Of a DNA stretch of 64,000 nt, positions 27,318-36,652 are shown in pieces. The stretch comes from an uncultured Acidimicrobiaceae bacterium (GTDB lineage: Bacteria; Actinomycetota; Acidimicrobiia; Acidimicrobiales; Palsa-688). Location: positions 1,238,007 through 1,302,006 of the forward strand of contig CAWCCW010000009.1 in assembly GCA_963794125.1 (NCBI GenBank). The letters run 5' to 3'. The position numbers were made by a program, and so were the translations under genes. Below the pieces are notes generated by a model, which made no database searches, was not told the DNA's origin, and saw nothing but the letters and a program-made list of their open reading frames with translations. Within the stretch, counting starts at the first letter, position 1. Every line of letters starts with the position of its first letter.

Positions 27318-27771
27318 TTGGCGGTCTCTGCGCCGGGTGGAGTGCTCCGGGAGGCTCCGTGGAGTGCTGCCGGCGCGGGTGCCGGCCAGGCAGCCTGGGC
27401 AGCCAGCCTGGGCGGGCAGCCTGCCGTCGGGTTCGTCGCCCCCCGGAACTTTGCGCGCCAGGATCGCGATAAGCGACGCTCCGACGCACAGGTCCCGCAC
27501 TCGCCCCCGCAAATCCGGCCGGCGCCCGCCGCTGACGCCACGTTCGGGCCACCGCTCTACCCAACGCCGACCGGGGAACGAGAAATGGGCGAGCCAGGTC
27601 ACCACCCGGCCCCGCTAGTACCGGCCCCGTAGCCCGCTAAGCGGCGACGGACTTTCCAGCCTCGGTCGTAGCCGTTCCTAGCTCAATCGCCGATAATGCC
27701 CGTTATGTAAAGTTGAGAAGGAAAAGCAGCGCTGGCCCGTAGGCAGCCACTTCGCGCCCTTCGTGTAGCCC

Positions 27772-28824
27772 TCAGTCAGACCGGGAGGCTCCAAACGCCC
27801 GCAACAATGCCTCTTTTATCCCGGCCCGGCTCGCGAACACGAGCAGGAAGGCGGCCTCCCGGCTGAGCCGCTCGGCTACGTCGCCGGCCATGGCAGACCT
27901 CGCCCCACGGTGTACGGCCAAGGCGTGGGCGGCCTGGACAGCGAACTCACTGGCCCGGGCCCGAGCCACCGGCATGGCCTCATCGCCTGCGGTGTCGAGC
28001 TCGGCTCGCCGCCGGTCCAGCTCGTCGTCCAGCGGTGAGGGCCCCAGCAAATTACAGCACCTCCTGGCCACACCGAGGGCAAACGACCCGTTTAGCCGCA
28101 ACCGCTCCGACTGGAAGCGCCCCTCTTCGTATGGCTGCACTCTGACTGCCCGCTCGCCGGGCACGAACACCCCGTCAAAGCCGAGCCGGACGGTCGCGCT
28201 GGCATTGGCCGCCGACAGGCGCAACCGTTCCACGGCCAGCCCCGGCTGAGCCCGGGCATCGACCAGGAGTGAGACAACGGTATCGTCCGGGCCCCGGGCG
28301 ACGACGAACACCAGTTCGACAACCCCCCAACCGCTGACCCATGGCGCTTCGCCCTCGAGCGTCCACCCCTCGCCCGTGGGCCGGGCGGTGAGTCGGGGCG
28401 GCCCTGGCAAAAGCCCAGTAAGGGCGACGCCGGCCTTTACCTCTCCCCGGACGGCCGGCCCCAGCCACGCGTCGCGCAATGCAGCCGGGGCCGTGGGGTC
28501 GACCATGGCACCGAGGAAACGAAAGTGCTGAGCCCAGACGAACGTGGACGCCAGGCACGCCGAAGCCAGCTCCTCCACCACCGCGCACCCCTCTGCATAC
28601 CCAAGCCCCAGCCCGCCCTTTGATACGGGTGCGAATATGCCGTACATGCCGGCGGACGCCAGGGCGTTCGTGTGGGCGGCCGGCACCATGTCCGCCGAAT
28701 CCACCGCGGCGGCGTCAGCAAAGAAAAGTGCGCTGAGATCCTTTACCTTTTCGGCTACAACTACACCCCCCTTGAGCGCCACCAAAGGATAAGAGGCCTC
28801 CTCCTCCCTTGGCGCCGCAGCCAT
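27772..28824 (-). CDS. acyl-CoA dehydrogenase family protein
   Basis: 350 aa; the N-terminal and middle segments (GMYGIFAPVSKGGLGLGYAEGCAVVEELASACLASTFVWAQH) are typical of ACAD-fold proteins. Confidence 0.7.
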   Translation of the reverse strand: MAAAPREEEASYPLVALKGGVVVAEKVKDLSALFFADAAAVDSADMVPAAHTNALASAGMYGIFAPVSKGGLGLGYAEGCAVVEELASACLASTFVWAQHFRFLGAMVDPTAPAALRDAWLGPAVRGEVKAGVALTGLLPGPPRLTARPTGEGWTLEGEAPWVSGWGVVELVFVVARGPDDTVVSLLVDARAQPGLAVERLRLSAANASATVRLGFDGVFVPGERAVRVQPYEEGRFQSERLRLNGSFALGVARRCCNLLGPSPLDDELDRRRAELDTAGDEAMPVARARASEFAVQAAHALAVHRGARSAMAGDVAERLSREAAFLLVFASRAGIKEALLRAFGASRSD

Positions 28825-28936
28825 CAGCTGCTCTCCTCGTGTCTTCTCGACGATCTCAGCACGGGCTGAGCCTAGGCAGAAATCCGGGCCAGGACTGCGG
28901 TTGGCCCACCCAGGGCCGGGCTAGGGGCGCGGGATA

Positions 28937-31589
28937 TCAGGCGATATCGTGGCGGACAGCTAGCTCGGGCGCCGGCACCCGGCGACGGTTGCGCCCGCCG
29001 ATGGTGGAAATCGTGCTCGGCCACCGGAAGTCAGTGATCCACGTCTCACACTCGGCCGCCGGCAACGGCCGGGCCAGGTAATAGCCCTGAGCGGCGTGAC
29101 AACCGAGGCTGGCCAAATGGTCGAGGGTGTCTTTGTCCTCCACGCCCTCGGCCGTTACCGTCCGGCCAAGGTTGCGGGCCAGCTCGATAGTTGAACGGAC
29201 GATGGCCGCGTCGCCTTTGTCGTGGTTCATTTCTTTGACAAAGGAGCGGTCGATTTTCAGCTCTTTGAAGGGCAGGTGCTTCAGCCGGCTGAGCGACGAA
29301 AAACCCGTGCCATAGTCGTCGATGGAAAGGTTGACGCCCAGTTCTCGCAGGTTCAGCATGGCCCGTTCCGATACCACCGGGTCCGCCATCATCGATGACT
29401 CGGTCAGTTCCAAGGTGAGGGCCGCGGGCTCCAACCCGGACCGCGCCAACGACGTCTCCACTCGTTCCGAAACCTTGGGGCTGGTGAGGCTCCGGGCGGA
29501 CAGGTTGACCGCCACGCTCAAGTGGGGCAGGGACTCACGCCACGACGCCAGCTGGGCCAAAGCCTGGTCGAGCACCCACCACGTCAGAGGGTCGATCAGC
29601 CCGGCGCTTTCGGCCACCGGGATGAACTCGACCGGCGCGATCGGCCCGAACTGGTCGTGGCTCCAGCGCAGCAGCGCCTCACAGCCAAGGACTTCACCGG
29701 TGGCCAGCTTCACCACCGGTTGGTACCAAACTTCCAGCGCTTCCTTATCGATGGCGCGGCGCAGCTCAGTGGCCAGAGTCAGGCGGCGCAGGGTCGAGTG
29801 GTCTTCTGCAGGGTCGTAGAAACGCACGCCCCCGCCCGAGGCTTTGGCCAGGTACATCGCGACGTCCGCGTGGCGCATGAGATTGGTGGCGTCGCGCTCG
29901 GTGCCCGCGCTCCGGGGCGATGGCGACCCCGATACTGGCGCGGACGTCGAGCAAAAGCCCTTCGACCGCTAACGGCCTCGTCACCGTGCTCAGGAGCTGG
30001 TCGGCGGTCGTCTCGACGTCGAGGTCGTCCTCTGCTCCCGCCAAGAGCAGTGCGAACTCGTCGCCGCCGAGCCGGGCCACCAGGTTGTCGCGGCTCGAAA
30101 ATGGGGCCAAGCGATTGGCTACCTCGCGGAGGAAAGCATCGCCCGTCACGTGCCCGAGGGTGTCGTTCACCTCTTTAAACCCGTCAAGGTCGATAAACAT
30201 CGTGGCCACTGTGCCTGGCGCCGATGCCGTCAATGTGGTGGCCAGGCGCTCGGTGAACATCGCCCGGTTGGGTAAGCCCGTCAATGTGTCGTGGTAGGCC
30301 TGGTGCTGGCGCACCGCTACTTCCCGCCGAAGCCGTTCCAGCAGTTCGCTGCTACGCAGAGCCACTCCGGCGTTCGCCGCCAGGGTCTCGAAGAAGCGCA
30401 GGTCGGCCGGCTTGAAGCCCTCATGCTGGAAACCTCGGTCTGCCACCAGGAGGTAGCCAGCGCCCGGCTCCTCCCGTTGGAGGGGGGCGATGAGCGCCTC
30501 GGTCAGGCCCCGCTCTTTCATGGCCCCCGCCACGATGGGGTCCTCCGACCGCGCTGCGCCCAGGAGCGCCCCCCGCTCCCCTACGAGTAGGTCAAGACGG
30601 GAAAGGAGCACCCCGTCTTCGAAATGAGGAGCTCCGTCTCCCTCCAGAGTGCACCGCAGAGCCAGGCGTTCAAGCGGCTCCTCCAGGGGGATTACGAGCT
30701 GGGCGCGCCCCGCTGAAAGCAGCGCCCGTGACTCCTCGAGCACTCGGGCCATGAGCTGGCGACCCTCCGTAGGGCTGCTCACGTGACGCGTAAAGTCGTA
30801 CAGCTTCTCCAAGTTGGCGTAGCGCTGCCCGGAAGTGACGGTGGCCCGATAGGCGAAGTTAGTGGCCACCGCTATAGCCATGAACAACGCAATGCCCCAC
30901 GTGTTCACCCACACCAGGGAAATTGCCACCAGCGCACCCGCCGTACAAACCGCTATGTACACCCCGGCCTGGACGGATACCCGAACTAATGGGACGCGGC
31001 GGACGCGCCGCTCCACCACGGCCATCACGACTATCACCAGCACCAGTTCGAGGACCGCGATAAGCGCAACGGTCCCCACGGTGACCAACCAGCCGTGGGT
31101 GCCCACAGGGGACGCCCGGCCCAGCCAGCGGTAATAGACGAGTATGCCGGCACCCACGGAGGCGGCATAGACGACCGACTGGATGAGCATCTTGGTCCAC
31201 GGACGTCGCTGATGAATGTTCGCAGCCAGGTAACCGCACGACACCGCGCCCAAAGCGAACCCCGGCCGGAGGAACACGATGCCCACCAGGACCGGGATTT
31301 CGGACAGGCCAATCGAGACGCTGGCCTTTCGGTTCCGGATCCTTACGGGATGGGCGTCGCTCGCCCATACCCCTAGGGCCACCAGGGGCAACAAGCCCAA
31401 CCGGTCCCCGCCAGCGGCCTTGATCCCGGCCAACCTTTCCACGTAGAGGAACGCCACGGCAGCCGCGAAGACGCTGACCGCTACCAGCGCACGCAGGCGC
31501 GAACTGTCGCTTCTCTGGGCGGCCGGTTTGGCGCGCTGGGCAGGTTCCGGGCTCAAAAGTGGCCTTTCGCGGTCACGAGAAATCTTCAC
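28937..31589 (-). CDS. membrane-bound GAF-GGDEF-EAL signalling protein, frame-disrupted
   Basis: ORF 29766..31589 has multiple TM helices, a GAF-like region and the GGDEF motif (RLGGDEFALLL). ORF 28937..29878 has the end of GGDEF (RHADVAMYLAK) and the EAL domain (GCEALLRW). The frames join at about 29900-29906. Confidence 0.85.
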
Positions 31590-31650
31590 CCTGGGTGTCG
31601 GACGGCCCGTCCGCGGGGTAAAGCCGAACTGGGCCTATGAGCCGCGCGAG

Positions 31651-31668
31651 TCGCTCTGAGTGACGAAA
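31651..31668. promoter_or_regulatory. half-site of the palindrome family (GTGACGAAA plus shared ATTGGCG extension)
   Basis: GTGACGAAATTGGCG at 31660-31674 is identical to the right side of copy b. The left arm is degenerate. It lies about 70 nt upstream of the GGDEF-EAL start. Confidence 0.4.
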
Positions 31669-31899
31669 TTGGCGCGCATAGTCGAATATCGGGCAAACTC
31701 GGTAGTGTGCGAAACCGCGGGGAGACGCCCAGCTCTTGCGATGCGGTCTGGCCGGGTGGCGGCCCCCGGCTACGTGCACCTTTAGGGCCGTCATTGCCCT
31801 CCGCACTGCCAGAGAAAGGGGGCGAACACATGTTGCGCACGTTCACCCTCGACTGAACCGTTCCCACCCCCGGTGGTTGAAATATCGCATCACCAGCGT

Positions 31900-31918
31900 C
31901 GGCCCCCGTCGGGGGCCG
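31900..31918 (+). terminator. GC-rich stem-loop in a long 5' intergenic region
   Basis: cggccccc-gtc-gggggccg, an 8-bp stem. It lies about 45 nt after an 8-codon mini-ORF (31830..31856) and 185 nt before the next start. Confidence 0.35.
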
Positions 31919-32103
31919 GCTGTGATCGGTGGGCGCAGGTGCCGTGGCGGGCCGGCAGTATCCCCGTAACACATGGCGGGCCCTACTAGCGTTTGGCGTT
32001 GAAGCGCGCCCTTAACCGCGTAGCTTCCGGCTGCTCACCGTAGGTGCCAGGCTGCTACATTCTTTGCCGACGCAGACCGCCACAGGTTCGCAAAGGAGCC
32101 CAA

Positions 32104-32298
32104 ATGCACAATGCCCTCCTTCTGGCCAGCATCAGCAAGCACACCATTGGAGGCATCGTCTTTGTGGTGATAGCCGTTGCGTTGCTTGCCTGGGGGGCTG
32201 TGAAGATCGCGGCCAAGGCGGCTGGCGCGGTCCTGTGGCCTCTCCTTGGCGTCATTGCCATAATCATCGCCATCCTTCTGTTCACGAGGGCCGTATAA
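32104..32298 (+). CDS. small two-TM membrane protein
   Basis: ATG at 32104 preceded by aaaggag. 64 aa with two hydrophobic helices (IGGIVFVVIAVALLAWGAV, VLWPLLGVIAIIIAILLF). Confidence 0.55.
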   Translation: MHNALLLASISKHTIGGIVFVVIAVALLAWGAVKIAAKAAGAVLWPLLGVIAIIIAILLFTRAV

Positions 32299-32327
32299 GG
32301 CCTGCCGAGGCGGTCTGTCCACGGCTT

Positions 32328-32348
32328 CGCGGCTCAGCCTGAGCCGCG
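32328..32348 (+). terminator. stem-loop after the small membrane protein gene
   Basis: Perfect 9-bp stem cgcggctca / tgagccgcg with a 3-nt loop, 30 nt after the stop. Confidence 0.5.
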
Positions 32349-32477
32349 AGCCGGCTCACACTGAGCCCCCGTGTGAGGTTCGTTTTGGCCGCCCACTAGC
32401 GTTCGCAGGGGGCTCGGCATCCGATGGATGCCGGCCGGCCAGGCACCCTAGAAACAACGAAAGCGAGGCACGCCCAC

Positions 32478-33755
32478 ATGTCGTACGAAGTCACCTCAGT
32501 CCACGCTCGTGAGATCCTGGACTCACGCGCCCGGCCCACCCTGGAAGTCTCTCTTCGGCTCGGTTCTGGTGTGGAGGCGGCGGCCGGCGTGCCATCGGGC
32601 GCCTCCACCGGCACCCGCGAGGCCGTAGAGCTGCGGGACGGGGACCCGAAACGGTTCAAAGGGGCCGGCGTCACCAAGGCCGTGGCCAACGTGAACGGCG
32701 AGATCAACCAGTTGCTCACAGGCCGCTCGTGGAAGAACCTGGAGGAGCTCGACCAGGCCGTGATCGACCTGGACGGGACGGAAAACAAGAGCCGTCTGGG
32801 GGCCAACGCCACCGTCGGTGTCTCGATGGCGGCCGCGCGGGCGATGGCGGCTGCGGATGGCCAGCCGCTATACCGCTGGTTGGCGCCGGACCAAAGCCTG
32901 CTCCGCCTCCCGGTGCCCAATTTCAACGTCGTCAACGGCGGCGCCCACGCCCAGAACAAACTCGAGTTCCAGGAGTTCATGCTTTCTCCGCTCGGCGCGC
33001 CCAGCTTCGGCGAAGCCTTGCGCGCCGGGTCGGAGGTCTACCTGGCGCTACGGGCCCTGCTGCACGCCAAGGGGCATTCGACGGGTTTAGGGGACGAGGG
33101 CGGCTTTGCTCCCAACCTCGCAACCCCTGAGGAGGTCCTCGACCTGCTGCTGGAAGCCATCGCCGCGGCGGGCTACACGCCGGGCCGTGACGGCATCGCC
33201 ATCGCTTTGGACCCGGCCTCATCGGAGATGCGCGAACCCGGAGGTGAGTACCGCTATTCAGACGTCACCCGCCTTACGACGGACGAAATGATCGCCAAGT
33301 ACCAAGCCTTGACCGACGCCTACCCGATATGGTCGATCGAAGACGGCCTGGGCGAGGACGACTGGCAGGGCTGGGAGAAATTGACAGCTCAGTTAGGCGA
33401 TCATGTCCAATTGGTGGGCGACGACATTTTCGTGACCAACCCGGCCATAATCCGCGAAGCGATCAGCAAGAAAGTCGGCAATTCGGCCCTCATAAAGGTC
33501 AACCAGATCGGCACGATCAGCGAGACGCTCCAGGCCATCGCCGTTTGCCGGGCCGCCGGGTACACCCAGTTCGTCTCCCACCGCTCGGGTGAGACGGTCG
33601 ACACGTTCATCGCCGACCTCGCTGTGGCCAGCGGCTGCGGGCAGATCAAAACAGGCGCCCCCGCTCGCGGCGAACGCGTGGCCAAGTACAACCGGCTGTC
33701 CGCGATCGAGGCCGAGGTCCCGACGTTGCCCTACGGGCTGGCCCAACGCAACTAG
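32478..33755 (+). CDS. eno: enolase (phosphopyruvate hydratase)
   Basis: MSYEVTSVHAREILDSRARPTLEV..SGASTGTREAVELRDG..SHRSGETVDTFIADLAV are canonical enolase motifs. ATG at 32478. Confidence 0.95.
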   Translation: MSYEVTSVHAREILDSRARPTLEVSLRLGSGVEAAAGVPSGASTGTREAVELRDGDPKRFKGAGVTKAVANVNGEINQLLTGRSWKNLEELDQAVIDLDGTENKSRLGANATVGVSMAAARAMAAADGQPLYRWLAPDQSLLRLPVPNFNVVNGGAHAQNKLEFQEFMLSPLGAPSFGEALRAGSEVYLALRALLHAKGHSTGLGDEGGFAPNLATPEEVLDLLLEAIAAAGYTPGRDGIAIALDPASSEMREPGGEYRYSDVTRLTTDEMIAKYQALTDAYPIWSIEDGLGEDDWQGWEKLTAQLGDHVQLVGDDIFVTNPAIIREAISKKVGNSALIKVNQIGTISETLQAIAVCRAAGYTQFVSHRSGETVDTFIADLAVASGCGQIKTGAPARGERVAKYNRLSAIEAEVPTLPYGLAQRN

Positions 33756-33762
33756 CGGCGGC

Positions 33763-34109
33763 TCAGGCCGCTCCCCCCCTCAAGCGCTCGCTGGCTCCGA
33801 CCAGCGGGCGGGCGGCCTCGAGCAGCCAGCCGAGGCTGCGGGAGAGCTGCTCGAGGGAACCGTCGAGGGCCAGGTCGTTCTCGACGTCCTCTATCGCGCA
33901 CGTGAGCACAAAGAGCAGGTCGTCCAGGCCTTCCATCGACTTGCGGGCAACGATCAGATCCGATTCCGCCAACCCCAGTTCACGCGCCCGCTTGCGCGCT
34001 TCGAAGTCCCTTTGGCGGCAGCTCCTTCGGCAGTACCTGCGCGGCCTGCCCGCCCCCGGCCCTGGTCGATAGGCTTACCGCACCATGCGCAGGCTGGGTA
34101 TTTCGTCAC
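33763..34109 (-). CDS. small Zn-ribbon protein, frame-disrupted; start codon lies inside palindrome copy d
   Basis: Frame X from GTG 34109 reads VTKYPACAWCGKPIDQGRG. Frame Y (ORF 33763..33972 extended) reads RPRRYCRRSCRQRDFEARKRARELGLAESD.... Adding one base to the C5 run at 34053-34057 joins them into a CxxC...CxxxC protein. Confidence 0.45.
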
Positions 34110-34119
34110 TGTGACAAAA
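34101..34119. promoter_or_regulatory. palindrome family copy d (TTTCGTCAC-T-GTGACAAAA, one mismatch)
   Basis: Read directly. It lies between the divergent Zn-ribbon gene and the conserved 660-aa gene, with AT-rich taataactaa adjacent. Confidence 0.55.
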
Positions 34120-34146
34120 CACTAATAACTAACTCCTCCACTCTGT

Positions 34147-36157
34147 GTGATTTGCACTGGGGCTGCGAAGTTGTACGTTGGTGCCGTGGCCCGCCGTATC
34201 GAGATCGAGCTAACAAGCGCGCGGCCTGACGGTACCTGGACGTGGCGTGCCGCGGGCGCGCTCAACCCGCGGGGGACCCTGGACGGTTCCCTGCTCTACG
34301 AGGCGGCCAAGGCTGGAGATGTGGTACGGGCCGAAGCGGAGTTCGGTATCGAAGGGATAACGGTCGTCGCAGTGGAGCCTCCTCGTCCAACTGAGACGAC
34401 GGATCCCAACCGGATCGAGTTGATCGAACGGCCGACGACGGCTGGGGTTACCACTCAATTGACCGGCGGTCGAGGGCGGCCAGGACCGGACGGCGGGCCC
34501 GACAGGCGGCGCGGCGACCAGGGCGGCGGCCAGCGCCGGGGGCGACCGTCACAACGACCGACGCCCACGGGGGCCGGTGGAGGCTCCGACCAGTCTGACT
34601 CGAACGGCAACGGCAGAGGCGCTCGTGACGGGCACGGTGATTCGGCTCTGGGGCCCACGGCGCCCGAACGGACCGCCCGGCCCGTCCCGACCGTCCCACG
34701 AGACAACCACGGGCGACGGCCGGTCCTGGACGGGGCGGCGCCCGCACCCAGGGCCCAGGTGGCCGCGAAGCCAACGGCGGCCCACGAGCTGACCGAGAGG
34801 GCAGTGCCCGGCCGGACGGTGACCAAGGCGGCCAACGACGCCAACCCGCTCCGCGCCAAAAGCGGCTCAGCCCAGGTAACGCGCACCGCAATGCCATGCT
34901 CGAAAGCCTGCCGGCGGAGCAACAGCCCATTGCCCAGCAACTCCTGCGCGGGGGCATCCCAGCGGTGCGGACGGCTCTCCATTTTGACGCGAGCGCGCCC
35001 GGGAAGAGGGCCGCCCGGAACCCAGCACGGAGGGCGTCCTGGCCCTGGCCGAGTCGCTGGTCTCCCGGGTGAAGGCGGCCGAATGGCGCGACCGGGCCGA
35101 GGCGGCCATCAAGCTGGGGGACGACCTCGCGATGCGTGACTTACGTTCACTGGTCAGCGGCTCGGATGCGGCCCGAGACGAAGCGTCGCGGGACCTGGTC
35201 GTCACCTTGCGGGAAATGCTCGAGCGCCGGATCGAGGCCCACCGGACGGCCTGGTCTGACGATGTGACCAAAAACCTCGACGAACAGCACGTCGTGCGCG
35301 CCCTCCGCCTGTCCAGCCGACCCCCCGACCCCGCGGCCCGCTTCTCCGCCGAGTTGGCGAGCCGCCTTCGGGACGCCGCCAGCACCGCCCTCTCCCCCGC
35401 CACGCCCGAGGCCCAATGGCTCGCCGTCCTCCAAGCGGTTGTCGAAAGCCCGGTCCGGCGGACGGTCAAACCGGAGGGACTACCGGCCAACCCGAGCCCC
35501 GAGTTGCTCGAGACGGCCCGCCAGCACTGCGGCCGGGTCCCCGCCCTCGCGCCGCTACTCGGCATCAGCGTGCCGCCCCCTCCTGGCCCAGTCCGGCCAA
35601 ACGTGCCGACGAAGGCGCCCTCTCGCGGACGGGCTCGCACCGGTCGGCCGGCACGGCGTACAGCGGCGGTACCGGCGCCCCCGACCCGTGCCGAACAGCC
35701 CGCCCAAGAGCCGGTGCCCGCCGAAGAGCCGGCGACCGCCGAAGAGCCGGCGACCGAACCTCAGGCTGCCGTCGAGCCGGAGCCTGCAGCCGAAGCGGTC
35801 ACGCCGCTTACGGTGGTTGAGCAGGCACCCGAAGCCCCAGTGCCCGAAGTTGCGGCGCCCGAAGTTCCGGTGTCCGAAACCGAAGCGCCCGAGCCTCAGG
35901 CCGCCGTCGACCCGGAGCCCGAAGCCGAAGCGGTCACGCCGCCCACGGTGGTTGCGCAGGCACCCGAAGCCGCAGTGCCCGAAGCCGCCGTGCCCGAAGC
36001 CGCGGTGCCCGAAGCTGCGGTGCCTGAAGCAGAGGCAGCAGCAGGGCCTTCTCCTGGCCCCGAGGAGCCGTTGGCCCTCGACGAAGGGGCACCCGAAGGC
36101 CTGCCCGCCACGGAGGTCACTTCAGGGGCCGGTGCATCACTAGCAAACGAGCCGTAA
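34147..36157 (+). CDS. conserved actinobacterial protein with R/G-rich linker and P/E/A-rich repeat tail, frame-disrupted at least twice
   Basis: N-terminus VARRIEIELTSARPDGTWTWRAAGA (likely GTG 34186). The middle, KRLSPGNAHRNAMLESLPAEQQPIAQQLLRGGIPAVRTALHF, is in a second frame. From 34988 (RERAREEGRPEPSTEGVLALAESLVSRVKAAEWRDRAE...) it is in a third frame, ORF 35069..36157. Confidence 0.6.
35756..36034 (+). repeat. in-frame tandem repeats: 135-nt duplication plus 15-nt unit x5 (PEAAV)n
   Basis: About 95 nt starting at 35756 recur, near-identical, from 35891 (135-nt offset). The unit GTGCCCGAAGCCGCN appears x5 at 35960-36034. Confidence 0.8.
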
Positions 36158-36617
36158 AGCCCTCGCTCTCGAAGAAGCTTTTTACGGCCCGGCTGCCAGG
36201 CAGGGCGTTGGCATCGACGCCGGTACACCCCTCCGAGCTGCACCACCGCACCAATAGCGCGCCCATGGCGCGGCCGGCACCGGCGCGGCGGGCGAGCGGC
36301 GTGACATAAAGATCCTCGATCGACCCCACCCGCTCACCGTCAGAAAGATCCAGCATTCGGCACGTCCCGAAACCGACAATGTCCTCCCGGTCATCGTCCC
36401 GCGCCGTGACGACGACGAACTGGCGCGGATCTGCGAACTGGCGGGCAAATGAAGCCGCCAAGGGCGGTTGACGACCGCTAAGCCCGAGGAGCACCCGCCC
36501 GCCCCGCATCGGGGCCAGCTCAGCGGTCGCTTGCTCGTACAGGTCCACCAGCTGGGGGATGTCTGCCTGCCGCGCCGCCCGGGCGACGGGGGTGGCCTCC
36601 GGGACGACCGGGGTCAC
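36117..36617 (-). CDS. GNAT family N-acetyltransferase
   Basis: 166 aa; IVGFGTCRMLDL...LYVTPLARRAGAGRAMGALLVRW is the acetyl-CoA binding motif region. Confidence 0.8.
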   Translation of the reverse strand: MTPVVPEATPVARAARQADIPQLVDLYEQATAELAPMRGGRVLLGLSGRQPPLAASFARQFADPRQFVVVTARDDDREDIVGFGTCRMLDLSDGERVGSIEDLYVTPLARRAGAGRAMGALLVRWCSSEGCTGVDANALPGSRAVKSFFESEGFTARLLVMHRPLK

Positions 36618-36652
36618 CGGCGGAACGCTTCGAGGACGGCGATCTCCACTCG

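Noticed and set aside
26623-34119. The palindrome copies as rho-independent terminators or as ECF41 promoters
   Set aside because: The 1-nt spacer cannot form a loop, and no T-tract follows. The - strand of copy d reads TGTCACA, but none of the copies I checked (a, b and d) has CGTC at the N16 position.
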